The notes under the pieces were generated by a model. The model did no database searches, was not told where the DNA came from, and worked only from the letters and a program-made list of their open reading frames with translations. A DNA stretch of 57,049 nucleotides, filler included, from Dirinaria sp. TL-2023a (lineage: Eukaryota): NCBI GenBank assembly GCA_051941275.1. It is 3 parts of 3 records of this genome, joined end to end, with 100 filler letters (N's around TTAATTAATTAA, not from the genome) between each part and the next. Parts side by side here need not be neighbours in the genome. Positions count along the whole stretch, not along the records: positions 1 to 18,955 come from JAVEBF010000358.1; 2 more parts are not named here. One strand, given 5' to 3'. The translations under genes and the position numbers were made by a program. This document shows positions 1-12,669 of the stretch, piece by piece (the first letter of the stretch is position 1; every line of letters begins with the position of its first letter).

Positions 1-699
1 ATCCCACTGCCGCCCCACCATCAGCGCGCTATTCAACACTCCTTTTCACCAATCCATGCCTGCTTTCTGACCTCGATGCTTCAAACTTAGAATAAACAAA
101 TGTTCGCCACCTTTCTCCCCCCCCCGGTTTTGTCACATTCAACCACTTTTGTCTATTTGACAAGGACATATGTCAGTAAGAGATCGAAATTTCCTCATTA
201 CTTCCTTGAAACACGTTTTTTTTTTTGGGGGGGCGCTCAGAAATGGATTGTTTCCGCTTCGCTGAGACTGTAAGCTTCGCTTTTGAAAATTCTTTAATAA
301 GCGGCTTATGGCTCTGTTCCTTGGTCTTTTTCGGGCTGCTGCGGTGTCACGAGGTCGCGCTGGTCCGTATGCTATCACATTGGTAGGAAATTGATGAGTT
401 GGGAGGAAAATGCTTTTTTGCATTTGGAGGGTCTGGGGACCCTGACAGACACTCATATTCCATTTTTTCTTGTCGATACAATCGACTTTCATCTTTATTT
501 ACGTTTAGCAAAAATGGCACATGTGCTAAGGGACTTGCAAACTTTTGGGGGAAAAGATTGAATTCTAGCCAAATGGGAGCTACGGACTCTTAAGTGTGCT
601 GCCATGAGGGCAGAAACGGCAGTTCGAACCCCGAAGAGCAGGAATATCCGACTCAGAGGGAAAGAATACCCCGCAGATCCGCAACAACTTGTCGAAGCG

Positions 700-1480
700 A
701 AAAAAAGAGCATCGCTCTCGATGTCTTGTCTAATGCTTTTTAATAACTTCCCTTAACTCTTTCTTCAGCTCCACTTCGTCGAATCATATAAATTCCTCTA
801 ATCCTTCTTTCGTTAACTTGACTCTACTTTCTTTAATCACTGCGCGACTTTCTTGATAGATGATTGAGAGCTCCTTGATCAGATTCTTTTTGTTGAAATT
901 GCTAGACTTCAGTGCTTTGATGACGTCGTACATCGTGTGTAGTCTCAGCTTCGTCGTTGTGACGAGACAACGTGCTTCGTCAGTGATTATTAACATTGCT
1001 CTTGATATGATGTTGCTGATCAACTCGATTGAGGAGTCTGATAACTCTGAAAGATCGTCGTTCATAAAGAAGTGTTTGATTATGGTTCTAGTTTTTGTCT
1101 CGTACGTTCTCTGCGCGATTCTTCTCTTGTTGAATGATACCGTGATACTAGAGAACGAGAGTCGTTTTTGCGGTGAAGTAAATTTCTCACTGTTAATCTG
1201 AGATGAAACGAAGTCTGTCTTCTTGAGAACGAACTGAGAAGATGTAATCTTGAAAACGGTCTGAGGAGTCGTCATCTTGATAAAATTGATAGAGTCGATC
1301 GAAGAAAAGATTTTGAGATTGATGCGAGCGATTGCTGACGCTCTGACGTGAGCGGAATTTGAATTCTTCGTCTTCGAAGCGATATCGCCTTCAAATGCTG
1401 CGGTGATGACACTTTTGTCTTTTTTTTTTATCGACAACTTGCTCTCTTTATTCTTTCTTGCCTCAATGAGTTGATCAGTT
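700..1480 (-). pseudogene. Hypermutated (RIP-like) relic of a coding sequence; still an open 217-codon frame at 784-1437
   Basis: AT-rich and strongly depleted in CC/GG while CG is kept. The translation has only 2 Gly, 2 Pro and no Trp in 217 aa and is rich in Ser/Ile/Lys. No recognisable domain. Confidence 0.5.
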
Positions 1481-2079
1481 GAACATTTTCAAAAACTATG
1501 AGATAAACTAGTTTTCCCGTCTTGTCTCTGAGTTTATGTGAGCTGCCTATGCCTGTAATACCATCCCGTGGCGTACCATGAGAGTTAAAGGTCTGAGGCC
1601 ATAGCTTGGCCCGTCGCTTCGTTGGGACTAGTCTGATGTAAATGAATATACTTGAGTCCGCGTTCAATTAAACATCTGCTATCTTGCTTCTATCACACTT
1701 GAAGAGACAAACGAACAAGCGTACTCTAAACCACTCGAAATCGTCGGGGATGCGACCCCAATGGTGGTCGATCTTCTGGTAATTTTCCTAAGGTGATCGT
1801 ATTCTCTCTTCTCTCTCTCGACGAATCATTGTCTGCTCTAAGATAGAGATTTGGTTTAATCGTTATAGTGTGGCAGGAGAGTGTATCGATATGTGCTCTG
1901 TCAGATATTAACCGAGAATCTTATCGTTTGACAATATTTTAGATCCGGATTAATCTTCACCTGCAAAATATTCTTCATCGAGTCTTTTTTTGCTCGAGAA
2001 TGCTTTCGAAAAAAAAAAGCTTGATTTTACAAGAAGAACAAACCTTTTTTTTTTTTTAGGATTAAGTTGATCATAAGTA

Positions 2080-3330
2080 TACATCAGGGGATCAGATACC
2101 GTACGCAATGTATGCTGCATGTTTCAAATGACACCCATTATTTTTATCAGATCTCTCAACGGTATACTCTTCCAAGCAAATGCCACAAGTCCTCGAATTC
2201 TTCCCGGTCTTCTCGGTCTCTAGAGATATCGCTTCAGTGAGTCTAGACAGCTCGATCAGTGATGTGTACAGCAGAAGGATACGATCAATTTTACGTTTGA
2301 GGGAGATCCTTGGGCTTTTGCAGCTCGCTCATTGTTCTCTACCTCTGTGTCCAGAGGCCAACCTCAAAGAGCCTGATTCTGGGTGGATCGATGAGTGATT
2401 CGTGCAACAGAAGATTACGAAATATAGTCTACGGTGATGGTTTCGGGATTTGTGCGAATGATTTGACAAAAACAAGCGCTAACATAAGGAACACTTCATT
2501 CTTCACCGATTTCAGCGATGAACATTCCAGATGGGTGTGAGAGTAAGGATTCTATAAAGTCCCCAACGAGAAGGAAAGGTATTGTGAAGATAATGAATCA
2601 TTGAAGGTATTTGTTTGAGATATTATCTATGCCAAGTAAAATGCACTGTGATAGAGAAAGATGCGGTCCGCAATTTTGATCGCATATTCAACGCGGTTGC
2701 AATCATTCGGGAGCTTCTCATTTATTCTTGATCTTTCGAGCTTCTTTTCGGGTTATTCTATGTAGCGATTTGAATAAGTCTGTGAGTTTGGGTTCTGATT
2801 CAGAACACGCTGATGAAAGTTTCTTGTAATACATCATCAGGTATATCATCGGATGAAGACCCGTTGAATTCTTCGTCAGATGAATTGTATGACGTGATAA
2901 CACGCGAGAATTTTGGACTAGGTAAGAAGATCCTCCTACTAGAAAAGGTCTCGAAGGTTCTGATAATGGAGGCCGAAGCGTTGTGAGCTGAAAGTCTTTG
3001 GGTTTGATTAGCTCCCATCTTCAGTAACCTGTCGCTCAGAAGGTTTTATGGATTTCGAGTACTGGGATGTAGCATTGATTGCGCAGTCCTTTCTTGAACC
3101 GACATTAATAAACTCGGTGCTAATGACTTCTTTAGCACTTCCATCAACGTTTTGCTCATTTTTACGTCCCTGGGGTCATCCCAGAGGTTTCTCCCTCGAC
3201 TTTCTTGTGCGATCTAGAGCAGTTCTTCGATCAGCCTCCATTGAACATTGAGCCTAGTTCCTCTGTGCGTTCTAGATCCTAATTCATGATAGCACAAGCA
3301 ACTGCAAACCAGACTCCATGGACCTTCATC
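2080..3330 (-). pseudogene. Decayed gene relic(s), possibly including a RING-like Cys motif
   Basis: Minus-strand frames are broken by stops but contain TCGICLEEY (about 2160-2190, RING-like start) and KPLG*PQGRKN (about 3160-3195, TGA where Arg would give an AT-hook-like GRP). Confidence 0.3.
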
Positions 3331-4015
3331 CGCTGAGTGGAAGGCTGTCTAGGCTGGACTCTGACAATAGAGTATCAAATGCAATGGATACGATGGATAA
3401 TGAAAATCTAGTTTGCAAGGAGACACTTTGATTCTTTAGCAGTCAATGAAATAGTTAATGTGAGTGTGTCGCTATGTAGATAATCTACGTCCACTATGAA
3501 TCAACGTGTACGTAGTGTCGAGTAGATCGTAAACATGGCGTCTAATCATTAACCATCCATTGTGGCAAAAGCAACGTCAGGCAGACGTAACGCCATGAAA
3601 TAATCATCTTCTGATCTGTTGTTGCGTATTGATGAGAAAATTTCAATGATCAAATAGCAATCCATTTACTGATATCGGAACATTAAAGATTCTCGCATAG
3701 TAAACATGAATTCTTGAAGATAATAAATTGGGCTGAAGTCACCTTGATAGATGCGGTATCACCTTGTAAAGAAGTGCGGTAGGGTTGATTTCAAGGATCG
3801 GAGATGATGAGCTGCTTTCTGAGAGTGTGTTTCCAATTAGATGTAAGTACACAAACAGAAAGGATATTGGGATGATAATGCTTGAGAAGCTGGTTGGTGA
3901 TATTGCGCGATCGCATATGGGTGATGGTTAATGTCTCGTTAGAATAAGGATGTAGAGTCGGATACGCGAAAATATATCCTCAGGGGGACAAGCATTACAA
4001 TTGTCGTCCCACAAA

Positions 4016-5380
4016 TCAGACGAGCGGACTCATCAGTAGTAGTATGTCAGACGAGAAGTATATTTTATACGTGACAAAACTCTTATTAAAATAGTTGACT
4101 TCTCTATTTGAATTTTGAGAGAAGGGGAAGAAAAATAGCAGAAAGGAATTGAGGTCAGAAGCTTTCCTCGTTTTCCGAATACGAATCTCATCACATAAGT
4201 TACCGCAGCAACATCTCAAAAGAATTGGAATTTTGAACGCACTTAACCGAATGTGAGCAGTAATTCTCTTGCTCCTTGCAGAGCACGACTTGAAATATTT
4301 CTGTGACTGGATGTCCAACAATCTTTAAACTGAATAAATAGTGATTGAATCTTGTGTTCAATTGAGCTTCAGTAAGTTTCTCCTGAATGATAGTGTCAGA
4401 ATAAGCAGAATATCTTGTCAATCGTATGACTTAGAAACTGTGAGTTATGTCTCGCGTATCGAAGTACCGTAGGCAACGCCAGCAAGTAAGAATGGAAAGT
4501 CGGGGCCGTAGTTTCCGAGCAGATGAGATGAGGTGCTCGCCATTCGCCGATGTGATTCAATATGGCAAACAAGCGCTATCGCTTGCGCGAAGTTCTCCCA
4601 ACGTCTGGACGATGCAAAGCTGCCGATAGCTACGGTATCGGTTGCTATACTCCCGGATTAGGCAATGCACAACATTGTCCTTGTCTGCTCCAAGCATAAA
4701 GGATTGCCAACTGATCTCCGGTGGTTGGATCTTGTCGTCTTTCGCGTTCCTGTCACGGGTTTTATCGATTACATTAACAAGCAGCAGGTCGATTGTCCCG
4801 CTCATTCTATGTGCCGCATATTTCTCTGGTTCTGCAGACAGTTTCGAGGGAAGAACGAATGAGATAGCTCTTTACAAAGAAGCTTGTCTATGACAGTCCT
4901 AGCGACTCGAGTACTCGTGTTCCTTCTTCCCATAACGCTTAGTATGTTGTACTGATATGATTCATGTGAAGGTTTAATTGATTGAAAACACCATAGAAGA
5001 TACGACGTGGACTCCTGCCAGCTTGATAAACCGCAGTAGCTTGATATTTGAGAGAGTACCCATTGCTCAGCTTGGTGATGGCGAAATGTATTGATCAGCG
5101 TTGTTCTCCCTAACTGAGCCTTCTTCACTTAGCTTTCTTCGGTAGCTAATGATCCCACCAGATCGGTGTACTTCTTCAACCATTTCTTGAAATCTGGGAT
5201 ACTGTGGTCAGCATCTCCCTACGGTAAGCCTGTGGCCTGCGTGTAGTGGGGAAACCTACGGGTATTGGGCCGAACGCTTCCTCCCCTTCATGTACATCTG
5301 CACCAGGTTGAGCTTTTGGGAATCCATTCGTTGCAGAAATTTTTGCAGAGAGTGTCCAAGGTTCAAAGGCCACATGTCAA
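4016..5380 (-). pseudogene. Degenerate gene fragments with surviving intron signals
   Basis: Intron-like GTAGGT..GCTGAC..CACAG at about 5259-5202 (minus). A protein-like frame IPDFKKWLKKYTDLVGSLATEES*VKKAQLG is interrupted by TAA. 4016-4440 is CC/GG-depleted. Confidence 0.3.
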
Positions 5381-6024
5381 CTATTTCTATATAGCGAAAC
5401 AAAATGCTGCTTGTGAAGTGTTACTGTGTAATGTACCCTCTTAGCTCCGCATTGTGTAGAATTCCGTCATATATTATAGCAAAGATCGTGATTGGGTTGT
5501 TAATTTTAATATACGAAACAGGTGTAGAGATGAACGAAATATCTCTCGATGTATATCTCTTTAAGATCTAGGACTGGCGCTCACAGCTGATGTTCTTGAG
5601 GATGTACGCAGAAAGCGGGATTAATCGGTAGGAGAAGAGGCAGTGAAAATGACAGTGAAGTCGTGAGAAATCGTGAAACCCTTTTGCGTGATAATGCAAC
5701 AGTTCAAAAACTCGCCATTCTCATTAAGAATGAAATTCGCTCCACAGTTTACCACCAAGATCAACTGCGTAGAGTCTCGAATGTCATAGCTTGTAACGGC
5801 CGAGGCTTGTTCTTCGCGAAAGTCATCAATAGGACATGCTCGATACATATACCTTCGCGCAAAGGTATATTTACGCCTTGCCAAAGCATCAACAGGAATC
5901 CGAGGGTGAATCAAGATCACTCATCTGTTGCAAAATTGTAAAGTGGCTCTCAGTCGGCTACAAAAGTCTCCTAGAAACAATACTCGTCGCTGCTTGTCCA
6001 GAAAAAGATATGAAATGCTTATTC

Positions 6025-6680
6025 TTATGCTCCGGTATCGCTGGTCCGATATGTGACATGGACTGTTCCAGCAACGAAACCGCCCCTCACTCCCACCACG
6101 ACTTCAAATCGGTAAGTGTAATGTCCATGATTATTGAGTAGCCACCATATTGCTTGAAAAACCGAGCCGAGAGTATAATAATCCAGTACGCCCCCTTCAC
6201 GGACGGCGTCGACTGCGTTCAAGGCATGGATTGAGGTCGCTCCGACCCTGAAGGTAACACCTTCACTTGGAATTGGTCGATCACGGCCAGCAGCCGTTAC
6301 AGCCTGGAGGAAGTATCTGTAACCATCCAATAAAGCTGCTGTGAAAAATAGTGGGGGAATATCAGTGCGCGGCGTCGTATTATATATTTTAAGAGTTATA
6401 GGCGGATTCGTCCCTGGTATCGCGTACCTCGCGGGCATGGGTGTTGCTGTTCTACGCTTGAGATTAGCTACAACAATGGTGCTAGGTCTGAAAGGACTGC
6501 GCAAGCCCACAGGTTCTTCGATAAAGGATCGTTTGTCATCAGTGATTGATTGGCGAAGGCATCCCATGGCAGCGGTAGATTGCCACTGCTGGGCACAGAA
6601 GGACTGCTTCGTGGTAGGAAACTTGTTGACACAAGAGTAGACTTCAGAAAAGCTAACAAAAGGAGGGCGAAGGCCGCCAT
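6025..6680 (-). CDS. Small secreted protein, about 198 aa, cysteine-free; exons 6680-6511 and 6451-6025
   Basis: ORF 6468-6680 begins with a signal-peptide-like MAAFALLLLAFLKSTLVSTS. A 59-nt intron GTGGGC..GCTAAT..CGTAG (6510-6452, phase 2) joins it in frame to TATPMPARYAIPGT... of ORF 6025-6858. Confidence 0.75.
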
Positions 6681-7851
6681 GACTTGTATTCACCGGAAAA
6701 CATATGCTGAGAATGTATGATAGGGATTTAGGCATACGAGAAGATAAAGAAAATTGGAATTTGGGTCGAACACTTGCAGATATCGCGTATCTTGAGGCAT
6801 TCTTTTCCGAATGACTATGAAAGGAAATGTAAAGTTGCGGAGAATAGCTAATAGTCATTCCAGCATTTTCAGAGATCTAAAAGCGGCTGCTCGCTTTGCG
6901 ATTCGCGATAGAAGCGCGCAGGATTAGCGTGCCGCTCATAGTATGTTCAAGTAGTCCTAGTGAATTGTCGCTCCATTGTGGACAAGCAGCCAAGGTTCGA
7001 GCGCGCGTTGAAGAATGATGTCGCCCAGGGGACACTGACACCTCATCAAACTTCAATAAAGTTCTCGATGGACTAAAGTTGATCTGATATCTTAGCATAA
7101 ATTCGATCTCAAGCGGCTTCATCGCAAAGCTCGAGCGCTCCTTTTGATGCACGCGCATAGGAGTCAATTCACTATAACATACTGCAAGGTGCAAGCTGAA
7201 TCACAATGGTGTGGGAAAGCGAGGAAAGTTAAGGCAATGTAATAAGGTACATTAACCTTACTTTAGCTAACCGAACGTGCTAGTGGATTTCCAACAGCCG
7301 AGCTTTATCCTAGCGTAACCGTAGGTCCCCTACTAGATGAACCGGATGCCATCTATATGCAATTGGTGGTCTGAGTGCTTCCGCGCCTTGCAGGACTCGA
7401 CAGAAGTACGAGTATGAGGCTGCCTTTCGTCAGCCAGATCTTAGATCTGCAATTGGCTTCGTGCGGCTTGGTGGCTGCACTGCTGATCATATCTTACAGC
7501 TTTGGTCGCTGATGATTGCCTAACACAGAACTCCACAGGCTACCTGAGGTGTCTCAAAAGTACATTTTGCCAATGGAACTTCCAGAACTGGCGAAGGTGT
7601 GGCAGACAACAAGAAATCCAGTCCAAAAAGTACTTACGACTCACAAACAGCTCGCTCTTGGTTCTTGTTCTGACCCTAGCAGCTCAACTTCTTACCACTG
7701 AGCAGCCTAGCATCAATTGACTCGATACCTTTATCAGAGGACTATCAATACCGTTCGTTGCGTTCAGTGAAAGAATTCCGCCTCTCTGTGGCAGGTTTTG
7801 GTGCTTTTCGGATCCAAAATATCGAGGAACTTGATACCCACTCCGTGACCT

Positions 7852-8830
7852 CTATGTCCCCTTTCTCGCTACACAAATAACGAGTTCAAAATCCACGTAC
7901 CACCCTTTGGCAGCCTCTGTTGCGCATCGCGCATGTATCTCCTTATACCAAGCTCTTTTTCTGTCGTCAGGAATGTTATTACCGAATGCTGCACAGCCGA
8001 GCAAATTATCCTCGTTCCATGGTTTACGGTCTATCGGTAGTGGTGGCTCATGCACATGGGCCAGCACCTCAAGTCCTGCATCAGTAAAGTGGGCTGGAAG
8101 ATTGTTGATCTAACTCAAAGGCCCAGGAACTCATCAGCAAAGCGTCTCAAGTCCAAAGTTCGAGCTCGAATTTCAGAAAGCAAGAACTGGTACGGTTCGA
8201 GGCTGAATAAAATGACAGACTGACTAAACGTCGCTCCAATACCTCGGCAGATACGCTGTGACTTGGGTATGCACATCATCAGTTTCTGTGGCCGTCTTTG
8301 GGAATTTGCTGAGCCAATCGCGCTCGACCCATTGGATGTAGCCTCCCGGCTCTATCACGGAAACCGTAAGCCTTCTATGATGCTAGAAATACTCCAGCTT
8401 TACTACCCTCGAAACACATACTCAACATCTTCTTCAAATTCTCAATCACAGTGCCAACATTCTTATCCTGAATAATAGTCATGAAGAACCGTATATGCAC
8501 GATATCATACTTTCCGATCAACTCTGTAGGCAGGGGTTTAAAAACATCGAGTTTCGACAATCGCGCATTCGGACCATACCATTGCTGCGGCGGAAACTGC
8601 GCGTCTGCAATATCGAAGCCGTCGAAATGTGTCGTGGGCGACAATTCACGACTTAGTTCCCCGAGCCGAATGCCACTTCAAAACCTAGCAAAGAGCGCAA
8701 GGATGGCCTCCCCAAAGGAAAGGGTATCTTTTCTAAGTGGAAAAAGTGGCATTAAGAAAAGACTTGAATGACCCATACGGAAGGAAGCGGTCTCACCCGC
8801 ATCCATAACCAATCTCATAATAATGGGGAC
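7852..8830 (-). pseudogene. Class I SAM-dependent methyltransferase (LaeA-like fungal family), probably degenerate
   Basis: Motifs FDGFDI..QFP, YDIVHIRFF, LKKML|xPGGYIQWVERD and C-terminal VICVARK. Motif I is degenerate (YEIGYGCG|GIRLGEL). A TAG at 8110-8112 sits where Trp is expected, and no clear N-terminal exon was found. Confidence 0.65.
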
Positions 8831-10006
8831 CCCAATTTCGGCAGGCTAAGCCGCTCACCAAGGAAGATGAGGCTGATCTGATTAACTGTCTGAAGCTTGG
8901 TACATACCTAGTAAGATCAACGGCAAGCTTTCAAGCGTGACCTCGGTCAGCCTAAACATGACGCTACGGAGCAGTGGCTATCTTCATGGTCTGGCGCCAC
9001 AGACCGCGTCTTCTAAAGCAGATTTCTATCGTCAAGGATCTCTCTCGGCATCGAGTATCTTCCTGTAGAATCGGCGAACTCCTTGGAAGGCTGATGGTGA
9101 TGCACAGGGAAGAGCGATTATTGGCTTAGATTGCCTGAAAGTGAAATCAGTGGCGCAATTGGGAAGAAGAACGATAGGGGATGCGGTTGCAGTAGCTTGA
9201 TGTATAATCCCCTGACGGCCTTCTGTCCGTATTCCGAGCACCCACCCTGTCTGCTCGTGCATATGCCATCATGGAAAGTGATCTGCGGAATGCCGGTTGC
9301 CAGATAGGGTCTCACACTTCGATTTTGCAGCCCTGTACCTGAAAACACATAAATAAAGCTCACACTTCGAGCGTCGCAATAGTCCTTGTTGCCTCCGAAA
9401 AATAAATCATCTTGGTCAGTTGCGGTCCGTAGTTGCGAGGCCACTCCCGTTCCCGCGGCGGCACCCAATAGCTAATGCTTAGCGTTGAATGATGGCACTA
9501 CTGTCTAAATGGACGACACGATCGGACATGCACCCCTTCTGCGTCCTTATGCACGATGAGTCAATCGTTCGAAAAGAATGATCGCCCTCTCGTAGGAGCA
9601 GCCTCCTACTGAGATCCGAATCCCAGCGGCAATTTCTTCCCCCGGCCTATACCAGCTGGAAAAATTCGTTGGTCCGGCAAACAGAACCCTTTCGAGCGAA
9701 TTCTAGCCACCATGACCCTTCAGACACCATCTCCCGTTCGTAGCCGCAAGTGGGGACTGTGCCTCGTGGCCCTGCGTCACTTCGCAAGATCTGGTGTTAG
9801 ACCCCAAGCGCCGACATGTTTCCTATTGCTCCACTTTAGACCATTTTCAGTGGGTGTGTTTGGAGCATTGTAATCTCTTCATGATGTCTTCCCAATTTTC
9901 AAACCCTTGCGCTCTATTCTTTGCCTCGATACAATCCCATGTTTGATATACGTCGTGAGATAGAGAAGAGCGGTAGTCCGCCAAGACTTCGTATCCAGTG
10001 TCCGAG

Positions 10007-11807
10007 ATGGAGAAGACGAATATAGCCACGACGCTTGGTCAGAGTGCCAACAATGAATCGCTCTCGCTCGAATCGGCTCCAGCAACTGTCCCCAAAACAT
10101 CTTCAACGGGAGTCACGCTGATGCCTCAGCCGTCGGACGATCCGAAAGATCCTTTAGTACCTGCTCTCTCTCTTACAGCATCCACTCTGATGGTTGACTG
10201 GCAGTGCAGAATTGGTCACTCGCAAAAAAGACCATCATTCTCATCACATGGTGTCTCGGTTCATTCATTAGTACTGGATCAGGCCTTGGTAATGCACTTG
10301 GATACTTTGTTCAAGCCAAGATCTATCATAAAGATGACCCAATCGCGCTTTCATACTCGGTAAGGACATCTCTTGTATTGATACTCTTATTGAGCTCACC
10401 AGAGTTGTTTGTAGGTAGTTGCAGCTACTGCTGGTATCGCCGTTGGACCCCTTTTTGCTGTTCCTCTGAGCCGGCGATATGGAAGGGCCTGCGTATTTTT
10501 CTGGTCCATAGTCGGACTCTTGGCGACTGGCATTTGGTCTGCAACGATGACGCACTCTGATCAGTATATTGCATTCGTCATGGCGCGACTTTTCGGTGGC
10601 CTTTTCGGTGGTACCCCACCAGCGCTTGGAGCAGACACTGTCGTGGACCTGTTTTATCTCCATCAACGGGGCAAAGCATTTACCGTCCTAAATCTTTCCT
10701 TTCTTGCAGGCGCTGTCGTGGGACCTACGTTCAGTGGCTTTATTGTTGGCTCGACCAGTTGGACTGTTCAATTTTGGTGGAGCAACGGCTTGGAGGCAGC
10801 TATCATTGTGCTTTCACTCCTATTTTTGGAAGAAACATTCTATGATCGCACGACCGGTCGGAAGGCTGCAGAAAAGACCAAGCCGGACAATTTTCTTGCT
10901 CGCAGATGGGCGACATTTTTCCGTGGGTCTAAACTGATGCCTCCAATCTCTGTTGCAGGAAGCGTATGCTCGTCGGTACTGTAGACATTGAACAAAGTTG
11001 ACAGAAGCAAACAGTTGAAGCATTTCTTGATCGCCCCTCAGATTGGCATTTGTCCGGTGACGATTCTGGCGGGTGGCCTCACCCTTGTCGACTTCGGCTT
11101 TGCCGCATTTTTCAACATTATCTTAACCGTATTCCTTCAAAACCCCCTCGAGAAAGGCGGTTACGCCTTCACGCCAACTCAAAACGCCGAATGTAAGTCA
11201 TCCAAATTCTCTTCCTCAATGAATGATAACATCTCTAGTCCTCTTTTCGCTTTGGTTTGGTGTCATCGCCGCTCAGCTCTACGGACATTTCATAAACGAC
11301 CGAATACCTCTGTGGGTATGTCGTAGGAATGGTGGAATCTGGCAACCCGAGTATCGCCTTCATTCTCTCTGGCTGCCAGCGCTTATTATCCTGCCCATCG
11401 CACTGGGCCTGTTTGGTGCAGCGCTCGAATACCACCTGCATTACATGGTCCTAGCCCTGTCCTGCTTCCTTGGAGGCTACGCAACCAACTCCATCGTTCC
11501 AGTAACCATCAACTACGTCATCGAATGCTTCAAAAACCATGCTTCAGAGTCGGCCGCAATCATGGGATTATACCGCCTTAGCTTCAGTCTTTCCTTGGCC
11601 TTTTTTGTTCCGTCCTGGATTGCAAAGGTGGGCTTTGGATGGTGTTTGGGGATGGCGGCATTCTTCTCCATTTTTGCGTACGGTTCGATTTTGTTGCTGA
11701 TATGGAAGGGTCAGAAGCTTCGCGAATATTCTTTCAAGGAGCTGGCGTCCAGTGAAGGGGGAATGAGGATTGTACAGGGCGATGAGAAACCGCTGGATGC
11801 TGCATGA
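10007..11807 (+). CDS. Major facilitator superfamily transporter (DHA1-like), about 5 exons
   Basis: PQPSDDPKDPL|NWS N-terminal motif, PLSRRYGR, DLFYLHQRGKA and PEYRL motifs, multiple TM helices. First intron 10157-10209; others near 10360-10414, 10964-11012 and 11192-11238. Confidence 0.92.
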
Positions 11808-12669
11808 CCTAAGGAAAAGTGCAAGCTCGAAGACACTAAAGCATTGTAATTGGGAGACTACTATACGAAGAACATCTGCATGCCTCGCTAAGGTGAGTCC
11901 TGATTCGTAGACATTCGATACGGAGCTGTACATCACCTCATACGAAGCAATCGGACTGTACCCTGACCGATGGCCGTGATCAACCAACGTCTCTTGACCC
12001 GGATCCGTGCAGATGAAGCAGCACAACGTCTGGAACCTTTTCCATTGTGTGCTGTCATCGGCCAGATACTTAGGAAGCTCATGGTCAGATAGAACAGATT
12101 CAGTCATGCTGATACCTCTCTATTCTCACTCGGAAGCATAAAAAACATGTGAAATATAAGGTAGCAAACTGGTGAGCTCGCAGGCCTTGGAAGCGATCAA
12201 TAAGGTCAAGCAGAGCCAACCCAACGTCAAGGCCACCCAAAAACAGAACATTGCGATTTAGATGAGGACAAAATAGACTAAATGATTTACCTTACCTTAT
12301 GCACGCTTATGCTGTACTATATGCTGTGCCGCCTGTTGTGTAACGAGCTCAGCCCACCAGATCAGTCAAGTAGGTATCAAAGAGTCCGAGTGAGATGCAA
12401 ATCTCAGCTCTGATATTTCGCTTGTGGCCATTATGGCTTATACGGCAAGGGGAATCTACAAGAGATTGGTTTACAGAAATTAAAAACTGAAAAGGCACCA
12501 ATAATGCTCCCTTTTGCGTTTGTTATGATAAGCTATCATTCTCGTCCTAAGCCTACATTTGTTTGAAGAGTAACATGCTAGCACTACATTGAAAGCTTTG
12601 AAAGAATTTGCCTCCTACAACAACAGATTATGCAGAACATGGGCATTGCCGCAAACAGGCAGGTAAATT

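Noticed and set aside
5621..5941. Overlapping ~95-aa ORFs on both strands (LIHPRIP resembles a methyltransferase N-terminal motif)
   Set aside because: Non-ATG starts, no further motifs and no supportable exon structure.
6025..6858. 277-aa ORF as a single-exon gene
   Set aside because: The N-terminal part looks non-coding; a spliced model from ATG 6680 gives a signal peptide and canonical splice signals.
11568..12107. 179-aa minus-strand ORF
   Set aside because: Overlaps the MFS 3' end in antisense and has no recognisable domain.
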